From NCBI GenBank assembly GCA_017525915.1, contig JAFXSC010000014.1, positions 12,075-76,074 of the forward strand: a stretch of DNA of 64,000 bases, in the 5' to 3' direction. Shown one piece after another: positions 1 to 8,063 of this stretch. Under the pieces are notes generated by a model. That model made no database searches. It was not told the origin of the DNA and saw nothing but the letters and a program-made list of their open reading frames with translations. This stretch comes from Ruminococcus sp. (GTDB lineage: Bacteria; Bacillota; Clostridia; Oscillospirales; Ruminococcaceae). A program made the position numbers and the translations under genes. The number at the start of each line of letters is the position of its first letter. Position 1 is the stretch's first letter.

Positions 1-76
1 TTTACCCCAGACCTTGCCGGTGGCTTGACACCGATACCGCAGCATCGGCATAAACTATATTGAATGCTATACACTC

Positions 77-106
77 ATTATAGCATATGCAATGAGTAGA
101 TTTCAA
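77..106 (-). promoter_or_regulatory. sigma-A promoter firing leftward out of the window
   Basis: Reverse strand TTGAAA (106-101), 18-nt spacer, TGc-TATAAT (82-77), i.e. an extended -10. Confidence 0.6.
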
Positions 107-193
107 TAGTTTTTATGGAGATTTATCATATAATCTGTGAAAAAACCAAGCGCTTTTTTCGTCCGCAATTAACAAACTATTCATTTTTAACTA

Positions 194-222
194 TTGCAAT
201 CCGGAAAATTGTGTGCTATAAT
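194..222 (+). promoter_or_regulatory. sigma-A promoter
   Basis: TTGCAA (194-199), 17 nt, TATAAT (217-222) preceded by TGc. Confidence 0.7.
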
Positions 223-237
223 GATGATAATATATCC

Positions 238-387
238 GGGCTCGTATTCGCCATAGGCGCTGCCTTTGAACCTGATTCCGTCAATGTCAGAAAAGCTCCC
301 AGCTCTGCTGATGAACGTATGTATGAGGACAAAAGCAGCTATTACAGGCTCCGCCCGCAGAGAATACGGAGCAGCATGGAAAACTGA
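238..387 (+). pseudogene. 3' remnant of a GGDEF diguanylate cyclase gene
   Basis: Translation GLVFAIGAAFEPDSVNVRKAPSSADERMYEDKSSYY resembles the GGDEF C-terminal 'S.G.A......AD..MY.DK..YY' segment. There is no RBS/start and no GGDEF motif upstream. Confidence 0.55.
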
Positions 388-395
388 CGTATAAA

Positions 396-430
396 GAGCC
401 GTAAAGATATCTCTTTGCGGCTTTCTATTT
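396..430 (+). terminator. intrinsic terminator-like hairpin
   Basis: agccgtaaag/ctttgcggct stem followed by a T-rich tract. Confidence 0.55.
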
Positions 431-454
431 ATTTTACGAACGGAGGCGCTGTAC

Positions 455-1546
455 TTGAACAGAGACAGCATTATCGTAAGGACCAGTATTATCGGCATCA
501 TCACAAATATACTGCTTGCCGGTTTCAAGGCTGTCGTCGGACTTGTTTCCGGTTCGATTGCCATTATTCTTGATGCACTGAACAACCTCAGTGACGTACT
601 TTCGTCAGTCGTGACGATAATCGGCACAAAGCTTGCCGGAAAGCAGCCGGACAAGGAGCACCCTCTCGGTCACGGCAGAGCCGAATACCTCGGTTCTATG
701 GTCGTTGCAGGAATTATCCTCTACGCCGGTATCACCGCCGCGATTGAGTCGATCAAGAAGATATTCAGTCCCACCGACCCGGACTACTCCACGCTCTCAC
801 TGCTTATAGTTGCCGTCGCGGTACTCGTGAAGATACTTCTCGGAAGATATGTGTCCTCAGTCGGGAAAAAAGTCGGCTCAGGCTCGCTGACCGCCTCGGG
901 CTCAGACGCGCTGTTCGACGCCGTGATATCCGCTTCTGTACTCGTAACCGCCCTTATCTGCCGGTTTACGGGCAAAAACCTCGAAGCCTACGTCAGCGTT
1001 GCAATTTCGCTGTTCATTATCCGCGCAGGTATCGGTATGCTTCTCGATACCGTTGACGATATCCTCGGAAAGCGCATTGACCGCGAAGTCGTTGACGCCG
1101 TAAAGGAGACAATCTGCTCCGATAAGGCAGTTTCCGGCGCGTATGACCTCATACTCCACAGCTACGGTCCCGGGAAGCTCATCGGCTCGGTACACGTTGA
1201 GATACCCTCCTGCATGACAGCCTCCGAGATAGATCGCATGGAGCGCAGAATAGCCGAAAAGGTCTACACCGAGCACGGCATAATCCTCGCCGGGATAGGC
1301 ATATATACCGTTGACAGCAGTCATTCCGACATACGCGATGCGGTAACGGACATTGTGCGCCGCCACGACGGCGTTCTGCAGATCCACGGTTTTTACGCCG
1401 ACCCGGAGCAGAAGCAGATGACCTTCGACGTCATACTCGATTTTGGCCTTGCCGACCGCAGTTCCGTGCTCAGCGAGATACGCTCCGATGTACAGGCAGC
1501 ATATCCGGACTGGGATATCAGTCTGACGATAGATGTTGATATTTAA
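455..1546 (+). CDS. cation diffusion facilitator (CDF) family metal transporter
   Basis: TTG start with GGAGG RBS; SIAIILDALNNLSD, HPLGHGRAEY and DALFD transmembrane motifs; duplicated C-terminal ZT_dimer-like domain. Confidence 0.9.
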   Translation: MNRDSIIVRTSIIGIITNILLAGFKAVVGLVSGSIAIILDALNNLSDVLSSVVTIIGTKLAGKQPDKEHPLGHGRAEYLGSMVVAGIILYAGITAAIESIKKIFSPTDPDYSTLSLLIVAVAVLVKILLGRYVSSVGKKVGSGSLTASGSDALFDAVISASVLVTALICRFTGKNLEAYVSVAISLFIIRAGIGMLLDTVDDILGKRIDREVVDAVKETICSDKAVSGAYDLILHSYGPGKLIGSVHVEIPSCMTASEIDRMERRIAEKVYTEHGIILAGIGIYTVDSSHSDIRDAVTDIVRRHDGVLQIHGFYADPEQKQMTFDVILDFGLADRSSVLSEIRSDVQAAYPDWDISLTIDVDI

Positions 1547-1629
1547 TTACCAGCTGTATAATACATTCGTGATATAACCGGCTTGCGAAAAAAGTTTACA
1601 ATTGTCCGACCATTGTACTTCCATGAACA

Positions 1630-1658
1630 TTGACTTGTATCAGCATCTATGGTATAAT
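1630..1658 (+). promoter_or_regulatory. sigma-A promoter
   Basis: TTGACT, 17 nt, TATAAT with extended TG. Confidence 0.75.
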
Positions 1659-1747
1659 AATTACAGGTCAGACAGGAAGAACATCAGCCGGAACTAAATA
1701 ATCAGCGGCTGAAATATTACGATTTGTATTTTTAGGAGGGATAGGCT

Positions 1748-4015
1748 ATGAGAGAAGCGCTTTCTATTGTTTTCATAGTGCTTATCCTTGTGCTTTCTGT
1801 CGGCGCAGTTATCTCCAGAAGAACGAATAAAGCCGTGGGAAGGGCGGTCTCCCGACTTCTCACAAGCATACTGCTCCCCGTGACCGGCAACCTCATTCTC
1901 ATTGTGTCCCACGAAAAGCTCCTCTCTACTGCCGGCTGCTATATCTATTTCATCGGCATGGATTTCTTCATGTTCGCCATGCTCATGTTCGCTGTCACCT
2001 ACTCACAGGTAAGGATACCGGCAAAGGTCGTGGGCCCCGTCATCGGCGTTCTACTGGCTGATGTCGTGCAGCTCGCTCTGAATCCCATCTTCGGACACGC
2101 TTTTTCCACCGAGAAGATAGAAGCCTACGGTGCCCCGTATTACAGGCTCGTGCCCTACGCGGGACAGTATTTCCACCGCATCGTGGATTACGGCATATTC
2201 CTCTCAGTGCTGATATTTTTCTTCATTATGACGATACGTTCGCCGAGGATATATTCCGAGCGATATTCCGTCATATTCATCTGCCTGCTCCTCGGCGGTC
2301 TCTGGCAGACCTTCTACATTTTCTCACGCTCGCCCCTCGACCGTTCAATGATCGGCTTTGCGGTCTTCGGCGTGCTCTGCTTCTATTTCTCACTGTACTA
2401 CCGCCCGATGAAGCTGCTCGACCGTATGCTCGCCAATATCGTCTCAAAGCTGCCCGATTCGGTGTTCTTCTTCGATATGACCGGGCGCTGTATATGGGCA
2501 AATTCCAACGCAAAAGAGCTTGCCGGCATAACAGGCGGAGAATTCTCCACCGCAAATGACAGTCTGAAAGGTATTTTCGGCAGTGCTCTCGATCTCTCCT
2601 CAAACGGCTGGACCTCGCACCTGACGATCGGAAGCGGCAGCAATGAGAAGTATTACGCCCTTGAAAAGTTTCTCGTAAATGACGAGCACGGAAATGCGGC
2701 AGGCTCGTTTCTCAACGTCCGCGACAATACCGCCGAACAGCTCAGGCTCCGTCAGGAGATACACAACGCCACTCACGACAGGCTCACCGGACTTTACAAC
2801 CGCGAATACCTTTACAGCCGCATATCACAGCTTATCGCCTCCTCCCCGGACTGCGGAAGATATGTGGTTTTCGTGGATATCAAGAACTTCAAGATAGTGA
2901 ACGATATCTTCAGCAACGATTTCGGCGACTTCACGCTGAAATGCATCGCAGAATGGCTCCGCAGGGAGTGCTCGGACAACTGCATCTACGGAAGGCTCGG
3001 CGGAGATACTTTCGGCGTACTCGTACCTGTTGATGAGTTCGATCCCGCTGAGCTTGAAGACGAGCTGACGCAGTTCGTTGTGAACGACGGCACGGTTGAA
3101 TACCATGTGCTCATACATATCGGAGTTTACCGTATAACCGAAGCGGATACCGATGTTTCGGTAATGTTCGACCGCGCACATCTTGCGCTATCGATGATAA
3201 AGGACGAATACCAGACCCATATCGCTTACTATGACGACAAGATACGCAGTCAGGTGCTCTGGGATCAGTTCATCTCTGCCCAGCTCCATGATGCACTCAG
3301 AACAAGAGAGCTGCGCCCGTTCCTCCAGCCTATCGTGGACACCTCCGGCAGGATAGTCGGCGCAGAAGCCCTCGCAAGGTGGATACACCCGACAGAAGGC
3401 TTCCTTTCGCCTGCAAAGTTCATTCCGGTATTCGAGAAGAACGGCATGATCGTCGAGGTCGATAAGCATATGTGGCGCTGCGCCTGCGAGATACTCTCCC
3501 GCTGGCAGAAGGAAGGCCGCAGCCTTTTCATATCCGTGAACATCTCACCGAAGGACTTCTACTTCATCGACGTTACTGCCGAAATAAAGTCCCTTGTCCG
3601 CGAGTTCGGCATCGACCCGTCTCTCCTCCGCATCGAGATAACCGAGACTGTCATGATGAACAATATCGACGACAAAATGGCTATCCTCAACGACCTGCGG
3701 CACGACGGCTTCATCGTCGAGATGGACGATTTCGGAAGCGGCTATTCCTCGCTGAATATGCTGAAGGATATGCCGGTTGACGTCCTGAAGATAGACATGA
3801 AGTTCCTCAGCAAGTCAAGTGATGAGAAAAAGGCAAGAACTATAATCCAGAACATCCTCAAGCTCTCGGAGGACCTCGGGATAGCCTCGCTGACTGAGGG
3901 TGTGGAGACAGCAGAACAGTTCGGTATGCTCAGGGGAATGAGTTGCCGGCTGTTTCAGGGGTATCATTTCTCAAAGCCCGTATCTGTCAGCGATTTCGAG
4001 GGGCTTCTCAGCTGA
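1748..4015 (+). CDS. 7TM (HisKA_7TM-like) sensor - PAS-like - degenerate GGDEF - EAL c-di-GMP phosphodiesterase
   Basis: About 7 N-terminal hydrophobic segments; HDRLTGLYNR; GGDTF in place of GGDEF; EAL, DDFGSGYSSL and EGVET motifs intact. Confidence 0.9.
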   Translation: MREALSIVFIVLILVLSVGAVISRRTNKAVGRAVSRLLTSILLPVTGNLILIVSHEKLLSTAGCYIYFIGMDFFMFAMLMFAVTYSQVRIPAKVVGPVIGVLLADVVQLALNPIFGHAFSTEKIEAYGAPYYRLVPYAGQYFHRIVDYGIFLSVLIFFFIMTIRSPRIYSERYSVIFICLLLGGLWQTFYIFSRSPLDRSMIGFAVFGVLCFYFSLYYRPMKLLDRMLANIVSKLPDSVFFFDMTGRCIWANSNAKELAGITGGEFSTANDSLKGIFGSALDLSSNGWTSHLTIGSGSNEKYYALEKFLVNDEHGNAAGSFLNVRDNTAEQLRLRQEIHNATHDRLTGLYNREYLYSRISQLIASSPDCGRYVVFVDIKNFKIVNDIFSNDFGDFTLKCIAEWLRRECSDNCIYGRLGGDTFGVLVPVDEFDPAELEDELTQFVVNDGTVEYHVLIHIGVYRITEADTDVSVMFDRAHLALSMIKDEYQTHIAYYDDKIRSQVLWDQFISAQLHDALRTRELRPFLQPIVDTSGRIVGAEALARWIHPTEGFLSPAKFIPVFEKNGMIVEVDKHMWRCACEILSRWQKEGRSLFISVNISPKDFYFIDVTAEIKSLVREFGIDPSLLRIEITETVMMNNIDDKMAILNDLRHDGFIVEMDDFGSGYSSLNMLKDMPVDVLKIDMKFLSKSSDEKKARTIIQNILKLSEDLGIASLTEGVETAEQFGMLRGMSCRLFQGYHFSKPVSVSDFEGLLS

Positions 4016-4022
4016 CATCACT

Positions 4023-4052
4023 GCCGTATCCCGGAATGGGATACGGCTTTTT
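4023..4052 (+). terminator. intrinsic terminator
   Basis: gccgtatccc/gggatacggc perfect 10-bp stem plus TTTTT. Confidence 0.85.
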
Positions 4053-4105
4053 CTTCCGCTGTGAGCGTCCGGTAAAAAATATTTTTCAGAAATTTATCAT
4101 AACAG

Positions 4106-4134
4106 GTGACAAAACGGAAAATATGTGTTATAAT
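4106..4134 (+). promoter_or_regulatory. sigma-A promoter of the regulator-kinase-PASTA operon
   Basis: GTGACA, 17 nt, TATAAT with extended TG. Confidence 0.65.
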
Positions 4135-4219
4135 AAGTATATAATTACTGATGCGTATAAGCTGATGCGGTGAGCTGCTCAGACACTGCCGCTCAGAATC
4201 ATCCCCCGGAGGTCAGAAT

Positions 4220-4972
4220 ATGAAGAACCCTCAGCCGTCGCTCCTGATCTGCGGATCGTCGATACTCACCCGGCTGACAGCCCGGATCACAGAAGCAGAA
4301 GGCATACAGACCACGCTTTTCAGCGGCAGGCTCAGCGAGCTCAGAAATACCGTCAAGGAGCTCAGACCTGATACCGTCATTATAGAAGCCCGTGCCGGCG
4401 CTCCCGGAAACGGTGATGCACCTCTTATCACAGAGCTCTGCGATCTCTTCAACTACACCACCTTCCTCGTGACCGTATGCTCGGATTCGGGCAGTTATCT
4501 CCGCAGCTTCGGATTCAGAAGGAACCTTCGCCTTGTAATGCTGCCGGTCTCGCCCGACGACCTCGCCGCAGCCGCCATAGCCCACGCATGGAGAAACAAG
4601 GGCGGCTTCATTCAGCCGGATATAATGGCACACCTCAGACTTTCCGGCTTCTATAAAAAAGTGTTCGGCTTCGACGTTCTATGCGTCGCGGCAGAAATGT
4701 GCATACGTGAGCCGCTAAGGCTCACCGACCTGATGAACTCAGTCTACGGTGATGTCGGAAGACGCACCATTACAGAACCTTCTGCCGTTGAAAGGCAGAT
4801 ACGTTTCCTTTCCACAAGCCTCTACAAGATCGGGCTCACAAAAGCTCTCGTCAGAGGCGAAAGCAGCTCAAAGCTCACGAACCGCGAGGTCATCAGTGCC
4901 GTCTGCGACAGCTTCATAGCCTATATGAGGAAGCAGGGCGTCACCGAAGACATCATCAGAATGCTGCCATAG
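4220..4972 (+). CDS. Spo0A-like transcription factor: pseudo-receiver domain plus Spo0A C-terminal DNA-binding domain
   Basis: C-terminal half (SG..GFDVL..A.EM...VY.DVG...TEPSAVERQIR...KLTNREVIS) aligns by eye with Spo0A_C (IG..GYLYL..AI.M...LYPDIA...TTASRVERAIR...KPTNSEFIA). N-terminal half is receiver-like (PDTVIIE, MLPVSPDDL) but lacks the DD pair, phospho-Asp and Lys. Confidence 0.7.
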   Translation: MKNPQPSLLICGSSILTRLTARITEAEGIQTTLFSGRLSELRNTVKELRPDTVIIEARAGAPGNGDAPLITELCDLFNYTTFLVTVCSDSGSYLRSFGFRRNLRLVMLPVSPDDLAAAAIAHAWRNKGGFIQPDIMAHLRLSGFYKKVFGFDVLCVAAEMCIREPLRLTDLMNSVYGDVGRRTITEPSAVERQIRFLSTSLYKIGLTKALVRGESSSKLTNREVISAVCDSFIAYMRKQGVTEDIIRMLP

Positions 4973-4997
4973 TATTATTTCATCCGGAGTTGATAAA

Positions 4998-6767
4998 GTG
5001 AAAAACAGCGAATTGATCGAAACTATACTTAAACAGATAAAGCAGCCTCTCTGGGAGAACTGGTTCATTAAGGAGAAGATCGGCACAGGAGCTTACAGCG
5101 CGGTATACAAGGTAACAGCCCAGCGCATGAGCAGAACAGACGTATCAGCTCTCAAGATAGAGCCAATCGTTCCCGACCCTTCACTGAAACTCGACGAAGC
5201 CGGCAAGAAGAAGTACATAGAAGAACACAGGGCGCTCGCAGTCAATGAATCCACGATAATGTATTCCCTGAGAAGCTGTCCGAATATCGTATCCTATGAG
5301 GACGAGGATATCCGCCAGCTTATGATAAACGGCAAGCTAGAAGGCTACTACTTCCTTATCCGCATGGAGTACCTCGACTGCCTCAGCGACCTTCTCAAAA
5401 AGAGACAGTACACCCTGAACGAGAAGAATATCCTCCGCCTCGCCTGCGATATCGGCAGAGGCATAAAGGCTGCCCACGATCTCGGTATAATCCACCGCGA
5501 CCTCAAGCCCGGAAACTTCTTCATCGACAGCAAGGGCGTATATAAGCTCGGCGATTTCAATATCTCCAAGCAGACCGATTCTTCAAAAGATATTGCCGGT
5601 ACAAAGGGATATCTCGCGCCGGAAGTATTCTTTGCACGTTCCGGAAGCGGATACAACCGTCAGGCTGATATCTACTCCTTCGGAATATGTCTCTATCAGC
5701 TCATGAATGACCTGTATATGCCGTTCGAGGACAGAATGCCCATGAAAGCCGCTGTTGACAAGCGCATGAACGGCGAAACGCTACCGCCGCCGAAAAGGGC
5801 TTCAGCCGAATTTTCAAGGATAATCCTCCGCGCCTGTGCTTACCGTACAGACGAGAGATATTCCACCATAGACGAGATGATACGCGACCTTGACGTCCTC
5901 GAAAAGGGTGCAGCCGCTCCGGTCATCGCACCGGTCATCCCTCCTCAGGCTGCACCGCCGGTACCTCCGGTACAGCAGATGCATACACTGCCTTCCATGC
6001 AGCCGATGAACTCAATGCAGCCACAGGCTCCGGAACCGCCTCAGCCTCAGCTCTTCCCGCAGTCAAAGAGCTTCGATCCGATACCAATTATTGCAGGCAT
6101 CGTCGCGGTCGTGGTCATCGGCGCCGCGATACTCCTGTGCGTAAAACTTCTCAACAAGGGAGGCAAGGACAGTTCAAGCAGCGATACATCAGCCACGCAG
6201 GTCCAGACTTCCCAGAGCAGCTCAAGGTCTTCCGAAAAGATAACCGGTATAGAACTGAGCAGCGATATCGTTGACATCAACGTCTATGAGGACATCACCA
6301 TAACGAGCGTTGAATGTCCTGACAAGGTAAAGGTCAGCGAGATATCGGAGCTCTTCGGCTATGAATACAAAGTCGAAAAGCACGCGAGCGCAAAGGTCGA
6401 ATTCAGCGTCACTCCCGGCGACTACGAGGATATCTTCGTTGACTGCCCTGCCGGTCTCAACGTCACAACGGTGAACAAGGACAACGTTTATGAGCTCGAG
6501 ATAGATGCTTCAAAGGTCGGCGGCAACGAAAAGGACTACGCTATTATTATCAGGAACGCTGACAGCAGCGTCGCAAAGACGCTCACCGTCCGCGTGAAGC
6601 CCACAGGTCCTTTCCACGATGACGTAAGAAGATTTTCAAGCAATCCGGATGTTATTACCTTCAATGATGACGGCACCTTCACGGTCCTCTCAACAGGAAA
6701 GGTAACGATAAGCTGGATATACGGCGACAAGATCAAATTCCAGAAAGACATAACGATCGAAGAATAA
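4998..6767 (+). CDS. membrane-anchored Hanks-type Ser/Thr protein kinase with an extracellular Ig-like tail and no PASTA
   Basis: IGTGAYSAVYK, ALK, IHRDLKPGN, KLGDFN, GTKGYLAPE and DIYSFG motifs; Pro/Gln linker; TM IIAGIVAVVVIGAAILLCV; C-terminal SSNPDVITFNDDGTFTVLSTGKVTI is Big_2-like. Confidence 0.92.
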   Translation: MKNSELIETILKQIKQPLWENWFIKEKIGTGAYSAVYKVTAQRMSRTDVSALKIEPIVPDPSLKLDEAGKKKYIEEHRALAVNESTIMYSLRSCPNIVSYEDEDIRQLMINGKLEGYYFLIRMEYLDCLSDLLKKRQYTLNEKNILRLACDIGRGIKAAHDLGIIHRDLKPGNFFIDSKGVYKLGDFNISKQTDSSKDIAGTKGYLAPEVFFARSGSGYNRQADIYSFGICLYQLMNDLYMPFEDRMPMKAAVDKRMNGETLPPPKRASAEFSRIILRACAYRTDERYSTIDEMIRDLDVLEKGAAAPVIAPVIPPQAAPPVPPVQQMHTLPSMQPMNSMQPQAPEPPQPQLFPQSKSFDPIPIIAGIVAVVVIGAAILLCVKLLNKGGKDSSSSDTSATQVQTSQSSSRSSEKITGIELSSDIVDINVYEDITITSVECPDKVKVSEISELFGYEYKVEKHASAKVEFSVTPGDYEDIFVDCPAGLNVTTVNKDNVYELEIDASKVGGNEKDYAIIIRNADSSVAKTLTVRVKPTGPFHDDVRRFSSNPDVITFNDDGTFTVLSTGKVTISWIYGDKIKFQKDITIEE

Positions 6768-6802
6768 GGAGGTGAGTCTGCCGGACAGCCGGCAGAGATA
6801 CT

Positions 6803-8062
6803 ATGCCAGACAACGGTCAGAACAGGGATTTCAACAACCGCGATCTTTACAATGCAATCAACCCTTCCCAGCCCGGCGGCGGAAGGAACAACGGCGTCGG
6901 ACAGGTGCAGCCGAATGCGCCGCAGGCTTATAATCCACCTTACGGAGAACCCAGAATGTACGGCGGCGGCCCCCAGCCTTACCAGCCGCAGCAGCTCTAC
7001 GGCAATAACAAGCCAAATCCGCCGTATCCCGGGTATTCTTCTCCGAAACCGCCGCCTGCATCCGGCTATTCTGCGCCTCCGCCAAAAAACAGCAGTGCTC
7101 CGGCTTCAGGCTCTTCCATGAAGAATCCGTACAACGGCTCTACGAATAAAATGTACGGCGGCTCACATTTCAACGACGGCGATACCGTCTATGAGCAGAT
7201 CAAAGAGAGCAGACGCAGCAAGCGTATGCTCATCATTATCTCGGTCGCGCTACTGCTTGCGATAGCCGGAATCGTGGTATTTATGCTTTTCTTCAAAGGC
7301 AAGGGCGGCAGCTCATCCTCGGACAAGGAAAATAAAGCTCCCGCTGCAGTTACGGAAAATTCAAATCCCACCGTCACAAAGAAAAGCACCGTCCCGAGCT
7401 ATACCGAGCCGGCTACCGAAGCTCCGACCGAAGCCGATTACGGAGACCTCGTCGAGACACCGGACGTTGTCGGCGATAATATGCGTATGGCAAAGGTCAA
7501 ACTCGAGGAAAAAGGCTTCCGCGTGAAGTTCGCTCAGGAATACAGCAACGAGATTGCTCCGGATAATGTTATCTACCAGAACGTCGCCGCAGGCAAGAAA
7601 GTTCCCCTCGATACGGAGATAACCCTTACAGTATCAAAGGGCCGCGAGCCCGACCAGTCGGTCGAGGTCCCGAGCGTCAAGGGAAAGAAGTATCAGGACG
7701 CTTCCGATGCCCTCACAGCTCTCGGTCTGAAGGTGGAGCTTGAATTCTTCAACAGCAGCACTACCCCGAAGGACGAGGTCATCGCCCAGAGCATTTCGTC
7801 AGGAACAAGCGTCGATAAAGGCACAAAGGTCGTCCTCTCGGTGTCAAAGGGCTCCGAAGCCTCATCAGCAAAGTACGGCATTGTCAATACCAAGGAGACC
7901 GCACTCAACATAAGACAGATGGCAACGACCGACTCCAAGATAATCGGCGGTGCCGACAAGGGCGAAAAAGTCGAGATAATCGGTGAGGACGGAAGCTGGT
8001 ATATTATAAAGTACAAAAACGTCAAAGGCTACGTCTCCAAAGATTACATAAAGCTCGTATAA
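6803..8062 (+). CDS. bitopic membrane protein: disordered Pro/Gly/Asn/Tyr-rich cytoplasmic tail, TM, 2 PASTA domains, SH3b
   Basis: TM MLIIISVALLLAIAGIVVFMLFF; two VPxVxG...TVSKG/SVSKG PASTA repeats; SH3b LNIR...GEKVEIIGEDGSWYIIKY...GYVSKDYI. Confidence 0.88.
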   Translation: MPDNGQNRDFNNRDLYNAINPSQPGGGRNNGVGQVQPNAPQAYNPPYGEPRMYGGGPQPYQPQQLYGNNKPNPPYPGYSSPKPPPASGYSAPPPKNSSAPASGSSMKNPYNGSTNKMYGGSHFNDGDTVYEQIKESRRSKRMLIIISVALLLAIAGIVVFMLFFKGKGGSSSSDKENKAPAAVTENSNPTVTKKSTVPSYTEPATEAPTEADYGDLVETPDVVGDNMRMAKVKLEEKGFRVKFAQEYSNEIAPDNVIYQNVAAGKKVPLDTEITLTVSKGREPDQSVEVPSVKGKKYQDASDALTALGLKVELEFFNSSTTPKDEVIAQSISSGTSVDKGTKVVLSVSKGSEASSAKYGIVNTKETALNIRQMATTDSKIIGGADKGEKVEIIGEDGSWYIIKYKNVKGYVSKDYIKLV

Positions 8063-8063
8063 T

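Noticed and set aside
91-106. AATGAGTAGA(T/A)TTCAA is shared with 57081-57096 (15/16 identity)
   Set aside because: Rough expectation is about 20 such pairs by chance in 64 kb (2e9 pairs x 49/4^16), and the match does not extend.
229-455. Possible NiCo (czcD) riboswitch in the long leader of the CDF gene
   Set aside because: The characteristic CUGAGCAGG / GUGGGACAG segments are absent, and the sequence is better explained as a GGDEF remnant.
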